Shown: positions 25,937-35,577 of the stretch, piece after piece
How the letters are laid out: each line of letters opens with the position of its first letter
How positions within the stretch are numbered: the stretch's first letter is position 1
Assembly: GCA_039656555.1 (NCBI GenBank)
Contig: JBDHLU010000001.1
Location: forward strand, 406 to 64,405
DNA from: Gemmatimonadota bacterium
GTDB taxonomy: Bacteria; Gemmatimonadota; Gemmatimonadetes; Gemmatimonadales; GWC2-71-9
Direction of reading: 5' to 3'
Length of the DNA: 64,000 bases
Position numbers and translations under genes: made by a program
Notes under the pieces: generated by a model
What the model was told of the DNA's origin: nothing
The model's database searches: none
The model's input: the letters and a program-made list of their open reading frames with translations, nothing else

Positions 25937-26992
25937 ATGCGAATCGACGACGTGATATTGGCGGTCGACGCCCACGCGTGCGGTGAACCTGGAAGGGTGA
26001 TCGTCGGCGGCATCCATGATGTACCCGGCGAGACGATGTTCGAGAAGAAGCAATACCTCGAACGGCACGACGCGCTTCGCCTCTTGATGTTACGCGAGCC
26101 GCGTGGCTATCCGGCGCTGTGTTGCAATGTGGTATTGCCTCCGACGTGTCCCGAAGCGGATGCAGGGTTCGTCATCATGGAGCAGTCGGAGTACCCTCCC
26201 ATGTCCGGATCCAACATCATTTGCGTGACAACGGTCTTGATCGAAACCGGAATGGTTTCCGTTTCCGAACCCGTGACCGACCTAGTGCTGGAGGCGCCAG
26301 CCGGGCTCGTGCCGGTCCATGCGGAGGTGCGGGAAGGCAAGGTCACGAAGGTGACGTTCGACAACGTGCCTGCGTTTGCGGTGCACCTCGATGCGTCGCT
26401 CGACGTGCCATCACTTGGCGCGGTAACGGTTGACGTGGCCTATGGGGGAATGTTCTACGTAATCGCCGAAGCCTCGCAGTTCGGCCTCACACTGGACCCC
26501 AGTGAGGGCAGGGACATCGTGCGGATCGGCGAACTTCTGCGGCATTGCGCGAACGAGCAACTAGAGGTCCGTCATCCAGACAATCCAGACATCGGGGGCG
26601 TGACGATCTCTCAACTTTCCGCAGCACCATCTCTCGGGACGTCCGGCAGGAAAAACGCCGTGGTCGTATCAGCAGGTCCGATCGACCCTGCCCGACCGGA
26701 GAGGGCATCCGGGGCGCTCGATCGGTCGCCGTGCGGCACGGGGACGTGTGCGAAGATGGCAACACTCTATGCGCGAGGCGAACTCGCAGTCGGCGGTACC
26801 TTTCGTCACGAGGGCATCCTTGGTACCGTCTTCGAAGGGCACGTAACCGGAACGGAAACGGTCGGGCCGTATGTCGGGATCCGATCGTCTCTGAGTGGGC
26901 GGGCATGGATCACTGGAAAGGCGGGATACGTTCTCGATGCCGGTGATCCGTTTCCAGAGGGATATAGAGTGGGGGATCTATGGGGGAGTTAG
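25937..26992 (+). CDS. Proline racemase / hydroxyproline epimerase-dehydratase superfamily protein with Ser/Cys catalytic pair
   Basis: DAHACGEPGRVIVGG. The first catalytic position reads PMSGSN (Ser codon 26204-26206); the second reads DRSPCGTGTCA (Cys codon 26732-26734). Confidence 0.85.
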   Translation: MRIDDVILAVDAHACGEPGRVIVGGIHDVPGETMFEKKQYLERHDALRLLMLREPRGYPALCCNVVLPPTCPEADAGFVIMEQSEYPPMSGSNIICVTTVLIETGMVSVSEPVTDLVLEAPAGLVPVHAEVREGKVTKVTFDNVPAFAVHLDASLDVPSLGAVTVDVAYGGMFYVIAEASQFGLTLDPSEGRDIVRIGELLRHCANEQLEVRHPDNPDIGGVTISQLSAAPSLGTSGRKNAVVVSAGPIDPARPERASGALDRSPCGTGTCAKMATLYARGELAVGGTFRHEGILGTVFEGHVTGTETVGPYVGIRSSLSGRAWITGKAGYVLDAGDPFPEGYRVGDLWGS

Positions 26993-27151
26993 GGGCCGTA
27001 GACCGTCAATCGTCAGGATCAGTGCGCTGTCAGAGCAATCGATTGCGCTGGGGAATCACCCGGTCGTGTTTCCTGATTTCACAGCCGGGAAATGGGTGAC
27101 GGCGAACCCGGATTTTGGGTTCTCCGACGAATTCTAAGGGAGGACGGCTGT

Positions 27152-28057
27152 ATGACGAGCCCTCGGAGTGTGGTGTTGCTCATCGCCCTCGCAGCGTGTG
27201 CGTCACCGGTGCCGAGAGTGAAGAGGGTTCTCGTCATTGGGATCGATGGCGTTAGGGTAGACATACTCGCCGAGGCGGCGACCCCTATAATGGATTCACT
27301 GATCGCATCCGGGTCCTTTACCACGTCCGCACGCAACGTGCTGCCCACCGTATCCGGGCCGAACTGGTCGAGCATGATGACTGGTGCGACCCCGGATAAG
27401 CACGGGGTACACTCGAACAATTTTTCCGACAACGCGTATGACGAGTTTCCCGATTTCTTGACTCGGCTCGAACGCATCGATGAGGCGTTTGAGACCGTCG
27501 CGATCGTGGATTGGCCGCCCTTGGGCAGCACCGCCGCCGGAGGCCCATTGTTTGGCGACTCTGTCGATTTCCGCATCCTGGTGAATGGCGACGAGCTAGA
27601 TTACGAGGTGGCCGATTCTTTCGTCACACGCGAGGCGGTCCGCGCGTTGGAAACGCAAGATCCGCACGCCATGGTGGTTTACCTAGGTAACGTAGATGTA
27701 GTAGGTCATGAGCACGGATCGCTCTCACCAGAATATCGAGCCTCGATCGAAACTGCAGACGCCCAGGTGGGTGCTATCCTCTCCGCGTTGCATGCCCGCC
27801 CAACGTATGTTATGGAAGACTGGTTGCTTCTCATGAGCACCGATCATGGCCGTAGCGACGACGGTGGTCACGGTGGTGAATCAGAACTCGAACGGGCGAT
27901 TTTCTACCTTACCAGTGGCCCATTTGCAGCGGCTATCGAACCCGACGCTGCGGTGACCTTGCTAGATGTAGCTGTCACGGCCATGGTTCATCTGGGTGTT
28001 GCAATCGATCCATCTTGGCAATTGGATGGCAAGGTGGTCGGATTGCGCCAACGGTGA
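27152..28057 (+). CDS. Alkaline-phosphatase superfamily nucleotide pyrophosphatase/phosphodiesterase-like lipoprotein
   Basis: Lipobox LIALAAC, GIDGVRVD, PTVSGPNWSSMMTG (Thr nucleophile context), DVVGHEHG and STDHGR. A strong AAGGGAGGA RBS lies before ATG 27152. Confidence 0.75.
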   Translation: MTSPRSVVLLIALAACASPVPRVKRVLVIGIDGVRVDILAEAATPIMDSLIASGSFTTSARNVLPTVSGPNWSSMMTGATPDKHGVHSNNFSDNAYDEFPDFLTRLERIDEAFETVAIVDWPPLGSTAAGGPLFGDSVDFRILVNGDELDYEVADSFVTREAVRALETQDPHAMVVYLGNVDVVGHEHGSLSPEYRASIETADAQVGAILSALHARPTYVMEDWLLLMSTDHGRSDDGGHGGESELERAIFYLTSGPFAAAIEPDAAVTLLDVAVTAMVHLGVAIDPSWQLDGKVVGLRQR

Positions 28058-28066
28058 GGCTGGCCG

Positions 28067-29293
28067 ATGAGCAATACGCTGTCCGAGCCTCTGCTTGGGG
28101 AACTGGTACACCGTTTCCAGAATGAGTTCGGGGACACCCGAGGTCTCCATGTGGCCTGGGCGCCCGGCCGGATCAATCTCATCGGCGAACACATCGACTA
28201 CAATCATCTCCCCGTGCTTCCAATGGCCATTCAGCGGGGTACGTACCTCGTCTTCAAACCGCGCGACGACCCTCGCGTGCGCATCACGAGTTCTAACTCC
28301 AGATTTGAACCGCGATCATTCGATATTGCCGAGGTAATCCAACCATACGAGAGCGGTGATTGGGGGAACTACGTCAAGGCGGCGGCGCAGACGGTCGCGG
28401 TCCGCTACTCGGTTGCGACGGGCTTCGATGGGCTCGTGCATTCGACGCTCCCCATCGCTTCGGGTCTGAGTTCGTCGTCCGCGCTCGTTGTGGCTGCAGC
28501 CCTGGCATTCCTGACAGGTGAATGCGACGATTGTCATCCGTTCGATCTCATGGAGGCGCTCGCGGAGGGTGAGCGGTACGTGGGCGTGCAAGGTGGAGGC
28601 ATGGACCAAGCGGTCATTCTCGGTGCCCGCGAAGGCGCAGCGACACATGTCTCGTTCGCACCGCTGCAGATCGAACTCGTGTCCATCCCTAGCACTTGGC
28701 AGTTCATCGTTGCCCATAGCCTCGAGGACGCACCTAAATCCGAAGGGGCGATGCTGGTTTACAATGAGCGGACGGAAGAGAGCCATGGGGCTGTGCGCAC
28801 AATGGTCGAGGCATTTGGGTTGGATGCTACGGTAGGCGAGTACCAGGCATTGATCGACGAAGTGGGGCCCGATCGTTTGTTGCGAGAAGCGGAACGACGG
28901 CTCGATGCTATCCAACTTCGCCGGCTACGCCACGTCGTGACAGAAACCGATCGCGTGTTCGAAGCCGTACGCATGCTCTCACAGGAAGATCTCTCGGGTT
29001 TTGGGCCACTCTTGTGCGACTCGCATAGGAGTCTTCGAGATGATTATGACGTAAGCACGGCGGAACTCGACGAGTTGGTCGAAACGGCGGTGGCAGCTGG
29101 GGCCGTCGGAGCGCGGCTGACGGGCGCTGGACTCGGTGGGTGCGTGATTGCGTTGTGTGATGCCGCGAACGCACCTCAGGTTGTAGAGGGCTTGACTGCC
29201 CGCTTCTACGATCGCCGGGAGTTCGACGCCGACCTCGATGATGTGTTGTTCACCGTGGCTCCGTCCGAGGGCGCCCGAGTATTGAGCCTGTAG
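28067..29293 (+). CDS. galK: Galactokinase (GHMP kinase)
   Basis: Galactokinase signature GRINLIGEHIDYN, GHMP motif SGLSSSSALVVA, and GARLTGAGLGGCVIAL. Confidence 0.88.
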   Translation: MSNTLSEPLLGELVHRFQNEFGDTRGLHVAWAPGRINLIGEHIDYNHLPVLPMAIQRGTYLVFKPRDDPRVRITSSNSRFEPRSFDIAEVIQPYESGDWGNYVKAAAQTVAVRYSVATGFDGLVHSTLPIASGLSSSSALVVAAALAFLTGECDDCHPFDLMEALAEGERYVGVQGGGMDQAVILGAREGAATHVSFAPLQIELVSIPSTWQFIVAHSLEDAPKSEGAMLVYNERTEESHGAVRTMVEAFGLDATVGEYQALIDEVGPDRLLREAERRLDAIQLRRLRHVVTETDRVFEAVRMLSQEDLSGFGPLLCDSHRSLRDDYDVSTAELDELVETAVAAGAVGARLTGAGLGGCVIALCDAANAPQVVEGLTARFYDRREFDADLDDVLFTVAPSEGARVLSL

Positions 29294-29299
29294 GCTAGC

Positions 29300-31069
29300 C
29301 TACTCGAACGAGATCATTGGAATGGTCTTGAAAAGACCAAGTGCCGCGACCGCCGTTCCCGTCAAGAGCACCATTCCCACGCCCACATTGCCGTAGAGTA
29401 GGTAGCCGGTTCCGAACAGCGCCGTATAGACGACGGTGCACCCGAGGAACCACGCCAGGAGGGCGGGGGCCAACTCGGCACCGGCGTTAGAGCCGGAGTC
29501 GATTTTGACGGCTCCTCGCCAGCCAGCCTCGAACGGCCGAATGCGATCGTAGAAAGATTGCAGCGTTTGGGTGTCGGCCGGTGGCGTGAGCCATGTGACC
29601 GCGAGCCACACGATCGTTGTGAGACCCACGGCCAGCACCAGCTGGAACGAGGGGTCGATCGGTGCGAACCCCAATCTTTCGTGAGCAACCTGGAAATAGA
29701 TCGCGATGAAAAGCGAGATGATCATGGCAGATAACTCGCTCCACGCGTTGATCCGCCACCAGAACCATCGTAACAGAAAGATCAATCCCGTACCGGCGCC
29801 GATCTGGAGAAGTATCTGGAACGCTTGCAAGGCGTTCTCGAGCCATAACGCCACGATTGATGCCAGGACGATCAAGGCCACAGTGGATACTCTCGCTACC
29901 ATGACGTAATGCGCCTCGGTTTTCGATGAATCCACGAACCGGCGATAGAAGTCGTCGACGATGTACGACGCTCCCCAGTTCAGGTGTGTACTGATCGTCG
30001 ACATGTAAGCGGCTGCCAATGATGCGACGACCAGACCGAGGAGCCCGTGCGGTACGAACACCAGCATTGCAGGGTACGCCAGATCGTGACGCACGATAGA
30101 CGAATCCAAGTGGGGGAAGCGTTCGGCCAATGCTGCGAGATCGGGATATACCACGAGTGAACACAGCGCCACGATGATCCACGGCCAAGGGCGCAGTGCG
30201 TAGTGTGCGATGTTGAACCACAACGTAGCGCGCATCGCCTCGCGTTCGTCGCGTGCGGCCAACATGCGTTGCGCAATGTATCCGCCTCCGCCTGGTTCGG
30301 CACCCGGATACCAGATGCTCCACCACTGCACGCTGATGGGAATGATGAAAACCGCGGCAGCGGTCTTCCAGTCCGAGAAATCCGGCAGAAAGGCTAACTT
30401 GTCGGCTACCGCGGGGTTGGTCATCAAGTTGGCCAAGCCGCCCACATCAGGGTGGGCGAGGGCGTAGTACGCTGCGGCAATCGACCCGACCATGGCGATG
30501 ACGAAAAGCAACAGGTCGGTGACGACGACGCCCCACAGGCCCGTCGTCGCCGAGTACAGTACCGTGAGCGTCCCGGCAACGAGGACTGTGGTCTTTTCAT
30601 CCACGCCGAGAAGGACGCCACTGATCTTCACTGCCGCCAGCGTGACCGTGGCCATAATCATCACATTGAAGAACACGCCGAGGTATAGTGCCCTAAATCC
30701 GCGGAGGAACGCGGCGGGGCGTCCCGAATACCGGAGCTCGTAGAAACCGACGTCGGTGAACACGCCCGACCGTCGCCAAAGCTTTGCGTAAAAGAAAACC
30801 GTGCACATTCCTGTGATCAGAAACGCCCACCAAAGCCAGTTTCGGCTCACGCCGCCCGTTCGGACCAGGTCGGTCACCAGGTTCGGTGTATCGGTCGAGA
30901 AGGTGGTTGCCACCATCGAGGTACCGATGAGCCACCAGGGGAGTGACCGCCCCGAGAGGAAATACTCCCTGGTGCCTGCGCCGGCGCGGCGGACGAACAA
31001 CAACCCGACCACGACGACCACGACGCCATACAGGGCCATGACGACCCAATCACTTGTGGCGAGTTGCAT
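29300..31069 (-). CDS. Sodium:solute symporter (SSS) family transporter
   Basis: About 13 TM helices and the REYFLSGRSLPWW motif near the N-terminus. Start is taken at MQLATSDWVVMALYG (ATG 31069); the ORF extension to 31276 is not protein-like. Confidence 0.85.
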   Translation of the reverse strand: MQLATSDWVVMALYGVVVVVVGLLFVRRAGAGTREYFLSGRSLPWWLIGTSMVATTFSTDTPNLVTDLVRTGGVSRNWLWWAFLITGMCTVFFYAKLWRRSGVFTDVGFYELRYSGRPAAFLRGFRALYLGVFFNVMIMATVTLAAVKISGVLLGVDEKTTVLVAGTLTVLYSATTGLWGVVVTDLLLFVIAMVGSIAAAYYALAHPDVGGLANLMTNPAVADKLAFLPDFSDWKTAAAVFIIPISVQWWSIWYPGAEPGGGGYIAQRMLAARDEREAMRATLWFNIAHYALRPWPWIIVALCSLVVYPDLAALAERFPHLDSSIVRHDLAYPAMLVFVPHGLLGLVVASLAAAYMSTISTHLNWGASYIVDDFYRRFVDSSKTEAHYVMVARVSTVALIVLASIVALWLENALQAFQILLQIGAGTGLIFLLRWFWWRINAWSELSAMIISLFIAIYFQVAHERLGFAPIDPSFQLVLAVGLTTIVWLAVTWLTPPADTQTLQSFYDRIRPFEAGWRGAVKIDSGSNAGAELAPALLAWFLGCTVVYTALFGTGYLLYGNVGVGMVLLTGTAVAALGLFKTIPMISFE

Positions 31070-31131
31070 AGGAGCTCGAAGGGGATGGCGGGTGGAAGAA
31101 TAGAACGCACCGGCCGAACGCGCCAGCATTC

Positions 31132-33441
31132 TTGACGTCCCAGCTGCCAGGCGTACGTTCGCGCGAGAGACCTGCAAAAGGGGGTTGTGTGTCACGACGC
31201 GTGGTGGTGCTCGTATGTTTGACGGTCTTCGTTGCAGCCTGCGATCGGCAGGATTTCGATCAACTTGCCGCATCATCGCTCGCCCAGATTGACGGCGAGA
31301 TCAGGCTGGCCGGGTTGGAATGGCCGGTGGAAATCCGGCGGGATCCATGGGGTATCGCCCATATCTACGCCGAAACGGTGGAAGACCTGTTCTTCGCCCA
31401 GGGATTCGTGGCCGCACAGGATCGACTCTGGCAGCTTGAGGTGTGGCGCCGGGTGGGTGAGGGGCGTCTTTCGGAAATCGTCGGACCGGAGACTGTCGAG
31501 CGCGATCGGCTTGCGCGGCTGCTCAAGTACCGTGGTGATATGGATGAGGAATACGAGAGCTATCACCCAGAGGCCAGGACGATCATATCGTCCTGGGTGC
31601 GCGGGGTGAACGCGTTCATCGAGGTCTCGCGAGACAACCCGCCGGTCGAGTTCAAGTTGACGGGCATCGACCCCGAACCCTGGGCTCCGGATGTGCCCAT
31701 CATGCGCATGGCAGGACTTCCGATGACCAGCAACGCACGAAACGAGTTGCTGCTTGCACGGAACGTCGCGCGTCTAGGCCTTGAAGAAGCGAACCGGCGC
31801 GACGAACCCGATCCGTTCCAGCGCCTGCACGTGCCTGATGGTCTCGATGTGTCGAGCATCCCGCCCGAGGTCCGTGAGATTCTGAACACCGGGTATCAAC
31901 CCGTGCCGCGTATTCCTCTGGTGGGTGAATATGCGACGTGGGAGATCGACGAGGATGCACCACCGCAGGGTTCGAATAACTGGGTCGTGAGTGGGACGAT
32001 GACCATGACCGGCAAACCGCTTCTTGCCAACGATCCACATCGGTTCTTATCCAACCCGTCGCTGAGGTACCTGGTGCACTTGAACGGTCCCGGGTGGAAC
32101 GTGATAGGTGCCGGCGAACCGGCATTGCCGGGTGTTGCCATCGGCCATAACGAGCACATTGCCTGGGGTCTTACCATCGTAGGTATCGATCAACAGGACA
32201 TCTTCGTCGAGGAAGTCAATCCGGCGAATCGCAATGAGGTGCGTTGGCGTGGTGAGTGGGAGCCGCTCCGAATCGAGATCGATACCATCCGCATCAAGGA
32301 CGAAGACCCTCGAGTGGTCGAACTCAAGTTCAGCCGGCACGGCCCCATCATCTTCGAGGACACTGTCAACAGTCGCGCCTATGCCTTCAAGTCTATTCTG
32401 GCCGAACCGGGGACGGCCGGATATCTCGGGTCGCTGCGTGTGGACCAAGCTACTAATTGGGATGAGTACCTGAGCGCGATGGACCACTGGCTCATGCCGT
32501 CCGAAAACATGATCTACGCGGACACTGCTGGAAACATCGGCTGGCAGGCGGCCGGGCTTACCCCTATCCGGTGTTGTGGTTGGGTCGGTCGATTGCCGGT
32601 GCCGGGTACGGGGGAGTACGAGTGGCGTGGTTTCAGGCCGATGCAAGAACTCCCGCGCGAATACAATCCCCGTCGCGGGTATATCACGACGGCGAACCAC
32701 AACATCATGCCGCCGGGATACGATCCGCCGCTGGGATACGATTGGTCGTCACCGCTGCGGTATTTGCGGCTCGATGATGTGTTGTCGGACAGTGGTGGGT
32801 TTACGGTCGCAATGTTCAAAGCGCTTCAGCAGGACGTATACTCCAGTGCAGCACATGAAGCTGTGCGGGTGTTCCGGAATTGGGAGGCTTCCGACGCTCA
32901 GGCCGAACGGGCTCGGCGTGTCCTTGTGGAATGGGACGGCTGGCTGCGTGCGGACGGAAGCGCGGCGGCGATCTACCGAGCGTGGAGGGACACCGTGGAT
33001 CAACGGGCGCTCGATCCAAGAGTCGATGCGCCAACGCGACGTCAGTTGGCCGAAGATGCACTTCGCTATGCGGTCAATCGGTTGGAGAGCGAGCAGGGCT
33101 CGGATTGGAACGCGTGGCGATATGACCGGCTACGGTACACGCGGTTTCCCCATTGGGTGACCAAAGCCTACGACATTCCGCCGGTACCCCGGCCGGGTGA
33201 CCGCACGACTGTCAATCTTACTGGGCAATCCGGAGCGTCGTTTCGTGAAATCATCGATCTGTCTGATTGGGACAACTCCGTGGGCACCAATGTGCCAGGT
33301 CAATCGGGTCAGCCCGGTAGCCCGCACTATGACGATCTTGTGTCGTTCTGGGAGAACGGTGAATACTTCCCGTTGCTGTTCAGTCGTGAGGCGATCGTGG
33401 AGAATACTGCGAATCTGCTAACGCTCCGGCCCGCGAACTAA
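31132..33441 (+). CDS. Penicillin acylase family (Ntn hydrolase, S45) protein, probable lipoprotein
   Basis: GIAHIYAE, FAQGFVAAQDRLWQLE, the beta-chain N-terminal nucleophile context QGSNNWVVSG, and NVPGQSGQPGSPHYDD. Start is TTG 31132 or GTG 31189 (VSRRVVVLVCLTVFVAAC lipobox). Confidence 0.85.
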   Translation: MTSQLPGVRSRERPAKGGCVSRRVVVLVCLTVFVAACDRQDFDQLAASSLAQIDGEIRLAGLEWPVEIRRDPWGIAHIYAETVEDLFFAQGFVAAQDRLWQLEVWRRVGEGRLSEIVGPETVERDRLARLLKYRGDMDEEYESYHPEARTIISSWVRGVNAFIEVSRDNPPVEFKLTGIDPEPWAPDVPIMRMAGLPMTSNARNELLLARNVARLGLEEANRRDEPDPFQRLHVPDGLDVSSIPPEVREILNTGYQPVPRIPLVGEYATWEIDEDAPPQGSNNWVVSGTMTMTGKPLLANDPHRFLSNPSLRYLVHLNGPGWNVIGAGEPALPGVAIGHNEHIAWGLTIVGIDQQDIFVEEVNPANRNEVRWRGEWEPLRIEIDTIRIKDEDPRVVELKFSRHGPIIFEDTVNSRAYAFKSILAEPGTAGYLGSLRVDQATNWDEYLSAMDHWLMPSENMIYADTAGNIGWQAAGLTPIRCCGWVGRLPVPGTGEYEWRGFRPMQELPREYNPRRGYITTANHNIMPPGYDPPLGYDWSSPLRYLRLDDVLSDSGGFTVAMFKALQQDVYSSAAHEAVRVFRNWEASDAQAERARRVLVEWDGWLRADGSAAAIYRAWRDTVDQRALDPRVDAPTRRQLAEDALRYAVNRLESEQGSDWNAWRYDRLRYTRFPHWVTKAYDIPPVPRPGDRTTVNLTGQSGASFREIIDLSDWDNSVGTNVPGQSGQPGSPHYDDLVSFWENGEYFPLLFSREAIVENTANLLTLRPAN

Positions 33442-34319
33442 CTCAATCCGTCACGGAGCACGTCGGGATATGTCCCTCCGGCGATGAGTCCGTGAATCCG
33501 CTCGGTAACTGCCGGCCGGTCGGCGCGATACGTCATTCCAAACCCCGCTTCTCCACCGCCCACAACATGGACGCGGCACTGACCGGTCTGCAGTTGTTCG
33601 TTGATGGCGGCGCCAATGAGGAATTCCTTCTCGGAGTCGTCCGAGGCGGCTTCACGGAATCGATCGAACTGTTCCGCCAACGGCTCGAAGAGTGACTCGG
33701 CGAACCCCCATAGATTCATCGAAACCATTTCAGACCCCGACAACGCGACGGCGTTTCCATCCGTTGCCCGCCCGACATAGCCGTTGCCGGATGGCATGAT
33801 ATCCCTTATTTCGAAAATCGATTGCAGTGACCCGTCCTCGGCGATTTCGCACACCGCGCGTGAAACGCCGCCATCCTTGGACATTGGCGTGGTGCTCAGG
33901 CGATACGCCACGAGTGCATGGTGCCCGGGCTGAGTGGCGAAGGAGTTCCTGAGTTTTGTGAATCCTTCTGGCGGGTACCAATCGTCGGCATTGACGACGG
34001 CAAACGGACCTGAAACGGCATTGCGTGCCGACAGTATCGCGTGTCCGGTACCCCACGGGCGTGGCCGGTGAGGCCGCGGAGCGTTTTGGTATGCGTATAG
34101 CACCGTGAGGTCGTCACCCCAGATATCTGTCACATGCCTATCAAACTCTCGTTCCACATCCTTTTGGATAACGAGTACGGTTCTCCGGTACCCCGCACGG
34201 AGCGCATCGTAGATTGTGTAGTCGAAGAGTGCCTCGCCGTGTGGGCCCACCGGAGTAAGTTGCTTCCCTCCGCCAAAACGGGACGAGATGCCGGCGGCGA
34301 GAACGACGAGCGTTGGCAT
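33438..34319 (-). CDS. Nucleotidyltransferase (sugar-1-phosphate NTP-transferase family)
   Basis: The N-terminus VVLAAGISSRFGGGKQL is the GxGxR NTP-transferase signature. 4-bp overlap with the convergent acylase gene end. Confidence 0.7.
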   Translation of the reverse strand: MPTLVVLAAGISSRFGGGKQLTPVGPHGEALFDYTIYDALRAGYRRTVLVIQKDVEREFDRHVTDIWGDDLTVLYAYQNAPRPHRPRPWGTGHAILSARNAVSGPFAVVNADDWYPPEGFTKLRNSFATQPGHHALVAYRLSTTPMSKDGGVSRAVCEIAEDGSLQSIFEIRDIMPSGNGYVGRATDGNAVALSGSEMVSMNLWGFAESLFEPLAEQFDRFREAASDDSEKEFLIGAAINEQLQTGQCRVHVVGGGEAGFGMTYRADRPAVTERIHGLIAGGTYPDVLRDGLS

Positions 34320-34458
34320 GTAACTCTCTTTCGTTGTTCGCGAATGCTACGTGGCGCCATGATATGGTCAAGCACGGGAACACGATAACCAGACCGTCGG
34401 GTGGCGGTTCTGCGAGAGGACGCGTGCGGATACATTCCACCACTTCTTAGCGCAGGGT

Positions 34459-34911
34459 ATGCTGATGACAACGGTGACATTGGCCCAGATTGCGGACGGG
34501 GTCTCGTTTCCCGAACGCGCCACTTCCGGCGCGTTCGGACATGACCTTGCCACGATTCAAGAGGAGCGCATTGACGGCCACGAAACGCGCGTCCTTCCCT
34601 GCGGTTACCAATTGGCTCACGATCTGCCGTACGATGATACGGGTGGGCTCGCTATGCTCGTTCTACCCCGGTCCAGCTTGTCGCTAAAACATGGACTGAT
34701 TCTGCCCAACTCACCGGGACTGATCGATGCGGACTATAGCGGGCCAATTGGGATCATCGTGCACAATCTGCGTGACGATCCGGTTGTACTCTCGGCGGGT
34801 ACCCGGATTGCGCAGGCGGTGTTCGTCGAGTTGAAATTCCCGCGGCTGCAGGCGGTAGACAAAGTTGATCCGACCCGGAACCGTGGTGGGTTCGGTTCTA
34901 CCGGAGACTGA
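34459..34911 (+). CDS. dut: dUTP diphosphatase
   Basis: SGAFGHDLA, PRSSL, NSPGLIDADYSGPIGIIV and the C-terminal RGGFGSTG motif. Confidence 0.9.
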   Translation: MLMTTVTLAQIADGVSFPERATSGAFGHDLATIQEERIDGHETRVLPCGYQLAHDLPYDDTGGLAMLVLPRSSLSLKHGLILPNSPGLIDADYSGPIGIIVHNLRDDPVVLSAGTRIAQAVFVELKFPRLQAVDKVDPTRNRGGFGSTGD

Positions 34912-34922
34912 CGGGCAGAGGG

Positions 34923-35366
34923 CTAATCGGTGGGGGCGGGATCCCATAGGTGAGTGCGACCATCGCAGCATGTGGAGAAGAGCACGAGGCGTGTCCCGTC
35001 AAACCCCACGCCATGTTCCCTCACGCCGAGAATGTCCTCGTCGTACACGAGGCGCGGAGGGATGAACTCGTCGTCCAGGTCTTGACCTGGAACGAACATG
35101 TATCGAGCGGATTCCTCGACGTCCCCGTCTCGCAACACCTCCACGCGCGTCGGTGTGATGACCAGGCGTCGAGCGTAACCGACGTCCTCCGGTGTTAGCA
35201 CGTCACCCGAGCCGCCTTCTTCCGTGCGGACCCAATCCCAAGTGCCGAAGAGCTGTTCTTCGATAGGCGGCGTGGTTGGTTCGGTGGCGCATGCGGCCCC
35301 GGTTACCAGGATAGCAGCGACGAGCAAAGCTCGCCGAGCGTGTAGTCTCGGTCGCAAAAACTGCAT
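34923..35366 (-). CDS. Hypothetical lipoprotein
   Basis: Signal plus lipobox LVAAILVTGAAC. No other recognisable motif. Confidence 0.5.
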   Translation of the reverse strand: MQFLRPRLHARRALLVAAILVTGAACATEPTTPPIEEQLFGTWDWVRTEEGGSGDVLTPEDVGYARRLVITPTRVEVLRDGDVEESARYMFVPGQDLDDEFIPPRLVYDEDILGVREHGVGFDGTRLVLFSTCCDGRTHLWDPAPTD

Positions 35367-35577
35367 CTCTTTCCAGGAGGTCCGAAGGGGTCAAACTGCT
35401 CACTACTGAGACGTACTACCCTTCAAGGATATCAATGTTCCGTCGGCGCCAGCAACGTTTTTTGTAACGGAGCTCCCTGGCGTCCGGGAACCTCGTGTCG
35501 CACCTTCCGGTATTGGAAATACTAGTCACACGTTCCACGAACCAGCCTCAAACCCGGGTGGGCATCTGAAGCAGACG

